This document shows, piece by piece, positions 9,206 through 18,440 of a DNA stretch of 64,000 nt (position 1 is the stretch's first letter; every line of letters starts with the position of its first letter). The stretch is from Betaproteobacteria bacterium (lineage in GTDB: Bacteria > Pseudomonadota > Gammaproteobacteria > Burkholderiales > Usitatibacteraceae). The notes beneath the pieces were generated by a model. It was given only the letters and a program-made list of their open reading frames with translations. It made no database searches and had not been told where the DNA came from. A program made the translations under genes and the position numbers. Where the stretch lies: assembly GCA_031414995.1 (NCBI GenBank), contig JANOQY010000427.1, forward strand, positions 1 through 64,000, written 5' to 3'.

Positions 9206-9834
9206 TTCGCGTTTTTATCGTTGATGATCATGCCATCCTGCGGCGGGGGATACGCGATATTCTCACCGATGGTGAGGGTATCGAAGTTGTCGGCGAGGCG
9301 CAGGAATACAACGAACTACGCGGCAAGATGCGAACCGTGCAAATTGATGTGCTGCTGCTCGATGTCAACCTGCCCGGAAAGAATGGCATCGACATCATCA
9401 AGTCACTCCGTGAAGAAAATCCACGCATCAAGATACTGATGCTGTCGATGTATCCGGAGGACCAATATGCGCTTCGCGCGCTCAAGGCGGGTGCATATGG
9501 TTACCTGAACAAGGGCAGCGCACCCGAACAGTTGCTGGATGCCGTTGCACAGATCATGGCAGGGCGAAAATTCATCACACCCAAAATCGCACAAGCGTTG
9601 GCAGACAACCTGACCAGCGACAGCGATGAGCTACCGCACACCAAATTGTCGGACCGCGAATTCCAGACACTCTGTCTGATGGCATCCGGAAAACGGCTGG
9701 CCGATATCGCCGTGACGCTGGCGTTGTCACCAAAGACTGTGAGCGTCTACCGTGCACGCATCCTTGAAAAAATGGGGATGACCAATAACGCTGAATTGAC
9801 CCACTACGCGCTCAAGCACAGTTTGGTTGAGTAG
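9202..9834 (+). CDS. NarL/FixJ-family response regulator (REC + LuxR-type HTH)
   Basis: REC motifs RVFIVDDHAILRRG, DVLLLDVNLPGKNG and GYLNKG. HTH region LSDREFQTLCLMASGKRLADIAVTLALSPKTVSVYRARILEKMG. The GTG start overlaps the upstream stop (GTGA at 9202-9205). Confidence 0.9.
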   Translation: MIRVFIVDDHAILRRGIRDILTDGEGIEVVGEAQEYNELRGKMRTVQIDVLLLDVNLPGKNGIDIIKSLREENPRIKILMLSMYPEDQYALRALKAGAYGYLNKGSAPEQLLDAVAQIMAGRKFITPKIAQALADNLTSDSDELPHTKLSDREFQTLCLMASGKRLADIAVTLALSPKTVSVYRARILEKMGMTNNAELTHYALKHSLVE

Positions 9835-9855
9835 CGCGTCGCAGCACGTTCGGGT

Positions 9856-11694
9856 TTATTTGCTGGCGCCCGCAATCTGTACCCGGTTCTTGCCTGCGGC
9901 CTTGGCTGCATAGACGGCATCGTCTGCCCTCTGGATGACGGACTCATGACTATCACCCGCACGATAGTCGGCGATGCCGGCACTGAAGGTAATTAGTATT
10001 TTCTTGTCATTGTGCAAAAAAAACGCACGCGTCAACTGGCGCTGCGCGCGCGTCAAAATGTTGACCGCCTCTGCTGCTGAAGTGTCCGGCAACAGAATGA
10101 CGAATTCTTCCCCACCGTAGCGCGCGACTGTGTCGCTCGGTCGCAGCGCACCGCGCACCATATCGGCAACGTGGATCAACGCGATGTCACCGGTTTGGTG
10201 TCCGTATGAATCATTGAGGCCCTTGAAGTTGTCGATATCGAGCAATGCCACAGCCAGTGAACCTCCCTCGCGCTCGGCGCGAGCCTGCTCGATCGCAAAC
10301 GCCTCCGCCAGGCCGCGACGGTTAAGGACCTGCGTCAATGGATCAATCCGCATCAGGCTGCTAACGTCAACGAGTTCCTGCTCCAGCGCCTGCACACGTG
10401 CCTCGTAACGCGTCGCACTTTCTCGCGCAGAACTCAATTCTCCATGTGTTCGTTTGATTCCCTCCCGCATTTCAACGGCGTCGTCGAGCAGACTCGCGAC
10501 GACGCGCGATAACGAAGGCAGATCATCGGCTTGCTTGATCGATTCCGCACGCTCACTGATTCGGCGGTAGCACTCTCCGGTCGAAGTCGCCGCTATGGCC
10601 AGATGGTCAATCAGCGAGGACAGCATGTCCTTTATCGCTGCTTTGGCAACGCCAAGTTCAGCCTTGAGTTCTGACTGGCGCTGCACCGCCAACCGCAAGC
10701 TGTCTTCGGCCTCGGTAAGCACACGTTCATCGAGTGGCGCGTCGAGCAACTGCGTAATGCGTGCCACCTGCCCGTTAACCCAGGCATCATCATCGGCAAA
10801 GAGCGTCAGATTTTCGCAAACCAGACGCAGCAGTTTGACAAGGCGATCACGTAAAGCGCCCTGACGCCGCAATTCTGCGAGGGTCGCGGCCGATGCCGAC
10901 TGAACCTCATGGAGCCATTCTGCGCCCGGCACACCTGCAAATTTAGCGAGGCGCGCGCTCAAGTTATTTGCGCTGTCGGCGTGCGATACAGCGGTGTTCT
11001 GTTTACGCGTATGGTCCGGATCAGGGTTTATCTGTGACGGTTGATATAGGTCCAATGCCGTCAGCGCAAGCAATCGCCAAGCCTTTACTTCAGCGCTTGG
11101 ATCAGCGGCCGGCAAAACTGCATCAGCATTGGCGGCAACCAGGGCGCTCTCCCCTGAATTGCAATCAGCCGCTGACGCCTCGGACACCGGCGGATCGGTG
11201 TGCTCGGTTGTTTTTAACTTCCACCCAGCCATCAGGCGTTCCAGCTTTTCGCGGGTGCGCTCGTCTGCGGACGGCGTCATCAGGACATGGTTTAACGCAC
11301 TGAGTTTGCGGGCTCGTGTCCAGTCTGTGTGAGTGGCATCGAGTTGTGACAGCACCTGTTGCAGAATACGGGGCCACTCGCGCGAAGGCCCGGTCATGGC
11401 TTCGCTCAACACCTGACCGACAGCTTTCAGGGCATTGTTCCATGAACGGCGTTTTACATGCTCCTGCAACTGTTGCGCACCAATCAATTCAGGGCTGCGG
11501 CTGGTGATGCCCTGCACCAGTTTGTGCAGCACGTGCTCCGGCTTGACGACACTCGCAGACTCACCTGTCCCCGACGCTTCGAGATAAGCCTGCTCGAAAT
11601 TTTCCGGAGTCGGTGCGACTCGTGTTGCAGCCAATCGGCGAATTGCCTCTCGGGCAATGTTGGCGGGATTGGCGGTGCTTGCATGCGTGTCCAT
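9856..11694 (-). CDS. Diguanylate cyclase (GGDEF domain with I-site) with a ~440-aa N-terminal domain of unknown function
   Basis: C-terminal GGDEF domain: LTQVLNRRGL, ALLDIDNFKGLNDSYGHQTGD, and RPSD five residues before GGEEF. The N-terminal two thirds are helical and coiled-coil-like, with no TM segment or domain I recognise. Confidence 0.9.
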   Translation of the reverse strand: MDTHASTANPANIAREAIRRLAATRVAPTPENFEQAYLEASGTGESASVVKPEHVLHKLVQGITSRSPELIGAQQLQEHVKRRSWNNALKAVGQVLSEAMTGPSREWPRILQQVLSQLDATHTDWTRARKLSALNHVLMTPSADERTREKLERLMAGWKLKTTEHTDPPVSEASAADCNSGESALVAANADAVLPAADPSAEVKAWRLLALTALDLYQPSQINPDPDHTRKQNTAVSHADSANNLSARLAKFAGVPGAEWLHEVQSASAATLAELRRQGALRDRLVKLLRLVCENLTLFADDDAWVNGQVARITQLLDAPLDERVLTEAEDSLRLAVQRQSELKAELGVAKAAIKDMLSSLIDHLAIAATSTGECYRRISERAESIKQADDLPSLSRVVASLLDDAVEMREGIKRTHGELSSARESATRYEARVQALEQELVDVSSLMRIDPLTQVLNRRGLAEAFAIEQARAEREGGSLAVALLDIDNFKGLNDSYGHQTGDIALIHVADMVRGALRPSDTVARYGGEEFVILLPDTSAAEAVNILTRAQRQLTRAFFLHNDKKILITFSAGIADYRAGDSHESVIQRADDAVYAAKAAGKNRVQIAGASK

Positions 11695-11800
11695 GATTCT
11701 CGTGGATGTCAGTTAGCGGTTTATCGTTTGACAATAATTAGATGCGGCCTCGCATTCCAGCCAGCGGTTTGCGCGGAAATCAGGTTTCATTGTGATTACT

Positions 11801-13996
11801 TCAGTGGCTGGCGGCAGTACGCAGGAGGTGGCCCATACTCCCGCGACCAATAAATGCAGCTTTGGGCAACGGTTTCTGATCGCCGTACTCCAATCGGAAC
11901 TGCGCGAAATCAGCAGCGGGTACGGGCTTTGAAAAGTAGTAGCCCTGCATGATGTGGCAGCCGTATGCATGCAAGATGCACATTTGCTCGTGGGTCTCCA
12001 CGCCCTCTGCGATGACACGCAGATTGAGACTTTTTGCCATGGCGATGATCGCCGCCACGATGGCTTCGTTGTCCGAGCCGGTTTGTAGCTCGCGTACAAA
12101 TGACGCGTCAATTTTCAAGGTGTCAATCGGCAAACGGCGCAGATATGACAGCGACGAATAGCCGGTTCCGAAATCGTCGACCGACAATCGTACTCCCAGC
12201 GCAGTCAATGCATCGAGAGTGGGCAGGGTTGCGGCGAGATCGCGCATCAATGTCGTCTCGGTGATCTCAAGCTCCAGATACTCCGGCGCAATCCGCTGGC
12301 GCTTCAGAATTTCCTGTACGAGGTCAATAAAATTGCTGCGCTCGAAATGACTTCCCGGGATGTTCACCGCCATCGGCAGTGGCTCGTATCCGGCATCGAT
12401 CCAGGTGCGATTCTGCCCCATCACGTTGTTGATGGCCCATTCGCCAAACGCAATGATCAACCCAACCTCTTCGGCGATGGCAATAAAATCTCCCGGTGGC
12501 ACCAGACGACCATCGCGTTGCCAGCGCATCAACGCTTCGGCGCCGATGATCTTGCCCAGACGGGTATCAATTTGCGGCTGGTAGTACATGATGAGCTCTT
12601 TACGCTCAAGCGCCTTGTGCAGCGCCTGTTCCAGTATCAGCCGATCTTTGGATGTCGCATTCAGCCCCGGTTTGTACACTTGCAAGCCACCGACCGCGCT
12701 CGTTTTTGCGGCCTTCATTGCGAGGTCTGCCGAGCGCATCAATGTTTCAGCGTCGTTGCCGTCGCGCGGGTAGGAGGCGATGCCGATTGAAGCGCTCGTA
12801 ATGCAGTCCTGATCGGTTAACCGAATCGGCTTGCCAAGCGCAGTCTGCACGCCACGGGCAACGGCTTCTGCCTCACTGGCGCCTGAAAGCCCGGTCAACA
12901 TAATTGCAAATTGATCGCCGACCAGACGTGCCACCAAATCAGCGCCGACACCTTTGTGACCCCGGTCGCGGATCGCCTGATTGAGCCGCGAGGCAATCTC
13001 CGTCAGTAGCTGGTCGCCCGCCGCATAGCCTAGCGTGTCATTAATCTGCCGGAAGCGGTCGAGATCGAGAAACAGCAAAGCAACCGGTGCGTCATTGGGC
13101 CGTGCGCGTTCGATCGCGAGCGCGAATTGTTCCTGAAAATGGCGCCGGTTCGATAGCCCGGTCAGGCTGTCAAAATTGGCGAGCACACGGATCTGGTCTT
13201 CGGTGCGTTTGCGCTCGGTGATGTCCTGTATGACGCCATACACACGAGACATTGCCCCGTCGGCGCTGCGTTCGACTTCGATTTCAAGATGCATCGAGCG
13301 CATGCCGCCATCCATCGCCAGCAGGCGGCATTCAAACTGTGCATTTGCACCTTCACTCAGGCAGTGCGCAACGATTTCCTCAATCCGCATCCGGTCGTCG
13401 GCGTGCAAATACTGAAAGAACTTCGCCACGTCGCAAACCGACATTACCATCGCGGGCGAGGAAGACAGGGCAGGGTAGCCCATGAGTCGAAAACATTCAT
13501 CAGAGGCGACAAAGCTGCGGTTGATGACATCCCACTCCCAGTAACCGAGGCGCGCAATGCGTTGTGCCCATGCTTCCTTGGCGCGGCTGTGAACAAGTTC
13601 ATCGCGCATGCGACTTGCGCGCAACAAATAGCGAATGCGCTGCGCAAGCAGTGTCCAGTGTTCCGATTTAACAAAAAAATCTGTGGCTCCGGCCTCATAG
13701 GCGCGCGAGATGGAATCATCGTCGTCAAGCCCGGTGAGCATCAGAATCGGTACATGTTCAGCGCCGGCAAGCTTGCGGATACTCCGGCAGGTATCGAAGC
13801 CGTCAAGTCCCGGCATTAGCGCATCAAGCAAAACAACATCCGGGACCTCTGCCTGCACTGCGGCGATTGCCTGCTCACCGGAGGCTGCCTCGGCAACAGA
13901 AAACCCGCGTTCTTCGAGAATAAGCACCGTCAGCAGACGGCCTCCATCATCGTCATCAATGACCAAAACATTCGGTCGGGTTTCGGCTTGGTCCAT
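11801..13996 (-). CDS. REC-PAS-GGDEF(degenerate)-EAL signalling protein, probable c-di-GMP phosphodiesterase
   Basis: REC (NVLVIDDDDGG, VVLLDALMPGLDG). The GGDEF motif position reads VGDQF. The EAL domain keeps EALMRW, ELEITE, DDFGTGYSSLSYL, KIDASFV, EGVET and QGYYFSKP. Confidence 0.9.
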   Translation of the reverse strand: MDQAETRPNVLVIDDDDGGRLLTVLILEERGFSVAEAASGEQAIAAVQAEVPDVVLLDALMPGLDGFDTCRSIRKLAGAEHVPILMLTGLDDDDSISRAYEAGATDFFVKSEHWTLLAQRIRYLLRASRMRDELVHSRAKEAWAQRIARLGYWEWDVINRSFVASDECFRLMGYPALSSSPAMVMSVCDVAKFFQYLHADDRMRIEEIVAHCLSEGANAQFECRLLAMDGGMRSMHLEIEVERSADGAMSRVYGVIQDITERKRTEDQIRVLANFDSLTGLSNRRHFQEQFALAIERARPNDAPVALLFLDLDRFRQINDTLGYAAGDQLLTEIASRLNQAIRDRGHKGVGADLVARLVGDQFAIMLTGLSGASEAEAVARGVQTALGKPIRLTDQDCITSASIGIASYPRDGNDAETLMRSADLAMKAAKTSAVGGLQVYKPGLNATSKDRLILEQALHKALERKELIMYYQPQIDTRLGKIIGAEALMRWQRDGRLVPPGDFIAIAEEVGLIIAFGEWAINNVMGQNRTWIDAGYEPLPMAVNIPGSHFERSNFIDLVQEILKRQRIAPEYLELEITETTLMRDLAATLPTLDALTALGVRLSVDDFGTGYSSLSYLRRLPIDTLKIDASFVRELQTGSDNEAIVAAIIAMAKSLNLRVIAEGVETHEQMCILHAYGCHIMQGYYFSKPVPAADFAQFRLEYGDQKPLPKAAFIGRGSMGHLLRTAASH

Positions 13997-14107
13997 TTGC
14001 TTATCCAGGTTCGTTTTTCAACGGTCTCGAATTGATACCGATACGGTTCCCGGAGTGCGTGCCGGTGCGTGAACCGATTGTTGCCAATGCTATTGCTGCA
14101 CAATGCT

Positions 14108-14134
14108 ATATCGGCACAACATTGGTCATCTTGA
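14108..14134 (-). promoter_or_regulatory. Candidate sigma-28 (FliA) promoter upstream of the REC-PAS-GGDEF-EAL gene
   Basis: Read on the minus strand it is TCAAGATG-N11-GCCGATAT, against the consensus TAAAGTTT-N11-GCCGATAA. It lies about 110 nt upstream of ATG 13996. The -35 element is weak. Confidence 0.35.
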
Positions 14135-14186
14135 ATAGCTCGCAGTGATCTTTGTCGACTGCGTTGAACGGCCGAATAAAAAAAAT

Positions 14187-14252
14187 AAACTCAAGCACTG
14201 GTGCGGCTCTCAGCGCATTTATTGCCTGAATACCGCGCCAGTGCTTGAGTTT
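14187..14252. repeat. REP-like palindromic intergenic repeat, copy 2 of 5; probable flgKL terminator
   Basis: aaactcaagcactggtgcggc...gcgccagtgcttgagttt. On the minus strand the hairpin is followed by a T-run (complement of aaaaaaaataaac at 14178-14190). It lies 53 nt downstream of the flgL stop. Confidence 0.7.
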
Positions 14253-14304
14253 ACTGGTCTAACATGCACCTACGCGTACGGCGAGTTTCCGTACCACACA
14301 GCGG

Positions 14305-15510
14305 TCAACGCAAGTAGTCGAACAGCGATGTGTTGGCGCTGCGCGCATAGGTCGACAGCGCCGCATCCAGGCCGGTCTTGGCTACCGTGAAGTCGCTGAT
14401 TGTCTTGACGTAGTCGATGTCCTCCAGCGAAGACAGCGTGCTCCTCAGATCGACATCACGCGCAGACCCCAATTCGCCGAGCTGATCGAGCTCATTCAGG
14501 CGGGCACCAGCGATGCCACGTTGATCCGATACATGCGTGATCGCCTGATCCAGATTGGTCAATGCCACACGCAGGCCGTTACTTATCCTGGCAATATTTC
14601 CACTGACAGGCGCGTCGAGTAGATTGATCGCATTGCTTAGCGTGGTGAAAATATCCTGATTACCGTTGGGCGCGACATCAAACACGTCGCCGTTGGCGGG
14701 AGCGCCTTCGATATTGACACTCAGCCCGGGCAGCGCGATGGAAGCAGGTGATATGTACGTCGAGCCGATACTGACTGCCGCGTTGTTGGTGGTATCCCAG
14801 ACGTCATATGTGGTGCCGCCTGAACCGGTCTGAAAGCGGATCTCATAACTGTTGCCTGTCAGCGCTGCGGGATTGGTAACCCGACCACCATCGACAATGC
14901 CGCCACCGCTATTGAGAGTATTGGCGGCAGTCGTGAATACGCCGTTGCCATTCGGAATGCGCATGAATACGTCGGCACCATTAAAAGCGGTGACGATAGA
15001 GCGCGTTCGCGAAACATTGATCTGTCTGGCGCCGTCATCGGCCACGTAACCGACGCCGGTCGAGGTGTCGATAAACGGTGGCGTGTCTTCCCGAAATCCG
15101 GCAAATAGATAACCGCCCTGCCCGTCGGCAGAGTTGGCGAGTCCGATGAGTGTGGCTAGACCGGCTCGAAGCTGGCCGGCAATCGTTTTGCGGTCGCTAT
15201 CCGAATAGCCGCCGTTACCGGCACTAACGAGTAATTCACGCGCCGATTGCAGGCTCTCGGTCACCGCGCCCATCGTGTTTTCGGCAAAGGACAATCGTTG
15301 TTGCGCGATCTGCCGGTTTTGTTCGAACTGGCCGTTGGCTGCCAGATCTGATCGCAGCACCGATGCGCCTGCAGCCGCTGCCGGATCGTCGGCGAGTGTG
15401 GCACTGCGCTTGCCGGTGGAAAGTTGATTCTGGATGGCTGCAAGGTCTGACTGTTTGCCCGTGATCGTTGCTGCCGTCCTTTGGTACATTTGTGCAGTGG
15501 ATATGCGCAT
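14305..15510 (-). CDS. flgL: Flagellar hook-associated protein 3 FlgL
   Basis: 401 aa with a flagellin-like N-terminus (MRISTAQMYQRTAATI) and C-terminal helices. It lies directly downstream of flgK. Confidence 0.9.
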   Translation of the reverse strand: MRISTAQMYQRTAATITGKQSDLAAIQNQLSTGKRSATLADDPAAAAGASVLRSDLAANGQFEQNRQIAQQRLSFAENTMGAVTESLQSARELLVSAGNGGYSDSDRKTIAGQLRAGLATLIGLANSADGQGGYLFAGFREDTPPFIDTSTGVGYVADDGARQINVSRTRSIVTAFNGADVFMRIPNGNGVFTTAANTLNSGGGIVDGGRVTNPAALTGNSYEIRFQTGSGGTTYDVWDTTNNAAVSIGSTYISPASIALPGLSVNIEGAPANGDVFDVAPNGNQDIFTTLSNAINLLDAPVSGNIARISNGLRVALTNLDQAITHVSDQRGIAGARLNELDQLGELGSARDVDLRSTLSSLEDIDYVKTISDFTVAKTGLDAALSTYARSANTSLFDYLR

Positions 15511-15521
15511 AAACTGCCTTT

Positions 15522-17399
15522 CTATCTGCCTAGTGTTAGCAGCGCGTCGAATACGCTTTGTGCGGCCGAAATCACCTTCGCGGCCGCCTGATACGCCTGC
15601 TGGTACTGGATCAGCCGTGTCGCTTCTTCATCGAGATTGACGCCAGAAAAATTCTGTTCGGCAGCAACGGCATCGTCGCGCACGGCACCCAGCACCCGGG
15701 CATCCAGATTGGCAGTGCGCGCTTGGCCACCAATGGTTGCCAGCGTCGTGGCGAAGCTTTGTGCCGGGGTCCGGCCGTCGATGATCGACCCGGTTGAATA
15801 AGCGGCCAGACTCAAGGCATTTCGGTTGTCACCGGTCAGATTGCTATTGGCGCCAATGGTCAACGTGTCGCCAACGCGCGGTGTGCCGGAGAGGGTGAGC
15901 GTCCAACCGTTGAACGTGATCGGCGTACCTGCGACGTAAGTTTGCGCTGTCGGGTTGCCGGTACCGGCACCGGTGACGTTAAAGGTATTTGGGCCGGTGA
16001 ACGTGAGCAACACAGGTTGTGTCAGATTGGCATTCGCCGCTGCATCAAGCCCGAGATTTTGCACCACAACATTGCCCGCGTTGCCGAGCGCAGCACTGGC
16101 GGCAACCGGCAAGGCGAGTGCGACACGCTGCGGATCCTGAAAAGCCGCGACGATTCCGTTGGCGCGCGTCGAGACCGGCTTCAAGCTGAAGCTGTCACCT
16201 GCGGCCATCGCACCCGAAGTAAGGCTAATACCGAAACCATCGATGGTGGCTGGCAAGGTGGCAAAAACTTGCTGCGTACTGTCACTTAGCCTCGTTACCT
16301 GATAATTGGTGCCGTCGAAATCGAGACGATAGTCGCTGGCCTTGAGTTGCGATGCATCTGCAATCGCAATACTGACCGCCGCGTTGCCGGTATTGGACGC
16401 CGGTGCGTAAGCACTCGCGGCGGGAATGTTGAACAGATTGCCGCCACTGTTGCCGTTAAGATCTATGCCGCGCTGATGCTGAAGATTAAGCGGTGTGGCG
16501 ATCGCAATCGCCAGGCGGCCCAGTTCTGCTTCGGCACCTGCGAGATCCCGATTGTGTACGTTCATCGTGGCGGCGATCTTGCCGCCCATTACGGTGCCGT
16601 CGCTGCCGAGTTGCACATTACCCGTGGGTGTTCGCAGGATCAGTGAAACCTTGGCCGGGTCGCCTGGATCAATGCCAGCGGCCAGCGAACTCACCCGGTC
16701 GCCCACCACCAGAGGCTGGCCATTGCCCACCAGTACGTTTATCGCGCCATCGCTTTGCACGACAGTGGTGACGCTGATTTCACTGGCGATGCCGCGGATC
16801 AGGAAATCACGCTGATCCATCAGGTCGTTCGGTGCTTGATTAGACGCGAGAGCCAACGAGATCTGTGCATTCAACGACGCGACCTGGCGGCCCATGTCGT
16901 TAATATTATTGAGCGACAGTGAAAGATCCCTTGTTGCGTTGTCCTTCAACTGGTTAATTCCGTCAACGGTTTCAGAAAACCGCGTCGCCAGATTGCGGGC
17001 TTCGTTCAAAAAAGCCGTACGCTGCCCGGTGGAAGACGGCTGCGCAGACAGCGCCTGCATGCTGTTGAAAAAACTATCGACTGCGGCACCGACGCCGGTG
17101 GTGGCATCTCCAAACAAGCTATCAAGTCGCCGAATATAGGCAGCCTGCGTTGTCGCCTCGCTGGCGCGCGATTCGGCGCGAGCGGCTTCGGCGTTGGCCA
17201 GTTCGCTGTAGGCACGGGTGATGACCGAAACACTCACCCCATTGCCCACATATCCAGCGCCGTAAGTCGATGCCTGCTCCGTTTGCTGTCGATGGTAACC
17301 GGGCGTTGAAACGTTTGCGATGTTATGCCCGGTCGTTTGCAACGCTGCGTAGGCGGCAGTCAGGGCACTCGCGCCGATTGATAAAATTCCACTAGCCAT
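15522..17399 (-). CDS. flgK: Flagellar hook-associated protein 1 FlgK
   Basis: 625 aa with N-terminus MASGILSIGASALTAAYAALQTTGHNIANVSTPGYHRQ and a conserved C-terminal LIQYQQAYQAAAKVI. Confidence 0.93.
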   Translation of the reverse strand: MASGILSIGASALTAAYAALQTTGHNIANVSTPGYHRQQTEQASTYGAGYVGNGVSVSVITRAYSELANAEAARAESRASEATTQAAYIRRLDSLFGDATTGVGAAVDSFFNSMQALSAQPSSTGQRTAFLNEARNLATRFSETVDGINQLKDNATRDLSLSLNNINDMGRQVASLNAQISLALASNQAPNDLMDQRDFLIRGIASEISVTTVVQSDGAINVLVGNGQPLVVGDRVSSLAAGIDPGDPAKVSLILRTPTGNVQLGSDGTVMGGKIAATMNVHNRDLAGAEAELGRLAIAIATPLNLQHQRGIDLNGNSGGNLFNIPAASAYAPASNTGNAAVSIAIADASQLKASDYRLDFDGTNYQVTRLSDSTQQVFATLPATIDGFGISLTSGAMAAGDSFSLKPVSTRANGIVAAFQDPQRVALALPVAASAALGNAGNVVVQNLGLDAAANANLTQPVLLTFTGPNTFNVTGAGTGNPTAQTYVAGTPITFNGWTLTLSGTPRVGDTLTIGANSNLTGDNRNALSLAAYSTGSIIDGRTPAQSFATTLATIGGQARTANLDARVLGAVRDDAVAAEQNFSGVNLDEEATRLIQYQQAYQAAAKVISAAQSVFDALLTLGR

Positions 17400-17444
17400 C
17401 TCAATATCCTGTCGGGTTTATGTCGCTTTTACCGCATACGCCTG

Positions 17445-17471
17445 TTGTCGGCAATTGCGGCCAAATCATTA
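17445..17471 (-). promoter_or_regulatory. Sigma-28-type promoter for flgKL
   Basis: The minus strand reads TAATGATT-N11-GCCGACAA, which fits TAAA-N15-GCCGATAA spacing. It sits in the flgJ-flgK gap and overlaps the flgJ stop. Confidence 0.55.
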
Positions 17472-18440
17472 GGCCAGCCGGTCGATTTGTACGGCGTCAT
17501 TGATCACCTTGGTCAGCTTGGTTGCGTAGGCCGGGTCGGTGGCATAGCCGGCACGCTGAAGGCCTTGCGCGAAAGCCTCGACGCCATCGCGTGCGGTCTT
17601 GAGTACGTTGGCGTAACGCGGACTGTTGGCGATTAACTTGGCGTAATCGGCAAATCCCTCGGCGTAAGAAGCATAGGCGCGGAATTTTTCGACCACTTTG
17701 CTGGCGACCCCGTTGACAAATTCGGTGGTGGTCACATCGACAGTCGGACCATTCCATTTACCGGTTGCTTTAATGCCAAACACATTGAATGCCGACCGTC
17801 CGCTGCTATCCCTGATTTCTTTCTTACCCCAGCCTGATTCAAGCGCCGCCTGACCGATCATGAATTTGGCCGGCACACCCGTCTTCAACTCGGCGGCCTT
17901 GGCGTGCTGTGCCATGCTGGTCACGAAATCCCGCTTCCGCTCGGCTGCACTTATGGGTGAACCTGCCGCAGCGTTGACGACTATTGTTTTCGAAGTTTGC
18001 AAGTTAGCTCGTGTGATTGGTGAGGACGCCGCCGTGGACTGTGCCAGCTCGATACGAGCGGCAGGTGCCGCTTTGGCGAGTGCGACGGTAGACGGCAATA
18101 TCGACCCCTTGGCGGCGGCACCCGTTTCTGTGGGGGCTGCGGGCTTTATGTTGCGACTCAATTGTTTGACCAACATGTCGGCAAGCCCGGTACCTTTCCC
18201 GGCGAGTTTTTGCGATAACTGCTGATCGAGCATGCCGGTGTAAGTGTCACCAGCGCTTGACGACATCAATCCGTCTTTGGGTAGCGAGTCACGCATGTTC
18301 TTTAGAATCATGTTCATGAACAGCGCTTCAAACTGCGTGGCCGCCGCCTTTAGCGCTTTGTCCGGCGACTCGTGCGCGGCGCGCTTGAGGCCGTCAAGAC
18401 TGCGGGTATCGAGCGCAACCTGATTGGTTGGGAGGTTCAT
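17469..18440 (-). CDS. flgJ: Flagellar rod-assembly protein / peptidoglycan hydrolase FlgJ
   Basis: N-terminal rod-binding region (QFEALFMNMILKNMRDS) and C-terminal glucosaminidase (GQAALESGWGK, NVFGIKA). ATG 18440 overlaps the flgI stop by 1 nt; the ORF-track start at 18443 is TTG. Confidence 0.92.
   Translation of the reverse strand: MNLPTNQVALDTRSLDGLKRAAHESPDKALKAAATQFEALFMNMILKNMRDSLPKDGLMSSSAGDTYTGMLDQQLSQKLAGKGTGLADMLVKQLSRNIKPAAPTETGAAAKGSILPSTVALAKAAPAARIELAQSTAASSPITRANLQTSKTIVVNAAAGSPISAAERKRDFVTSMAQHAKAAELKTGVPAKFMIGQAALESGWGKKEIRDSSGRSAFNVFGIKATGKWNGPTVDVTTTEFVNGVASKVVEKFRAYASYAEGFADYAKLIANSPRYANVLKTARDGVEAFAQGLQRAGYATDPAYATKLTKVINDAVQIDRLA

Noticed and set aside
14145-14390. 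81-aa plus-strand ORF between the PDE gene and flgL.
   Set aside because: It runs through a REP-like repeat and into the 3' end of flgL on the opposite strand. It has no SD and its composition does not look coding.
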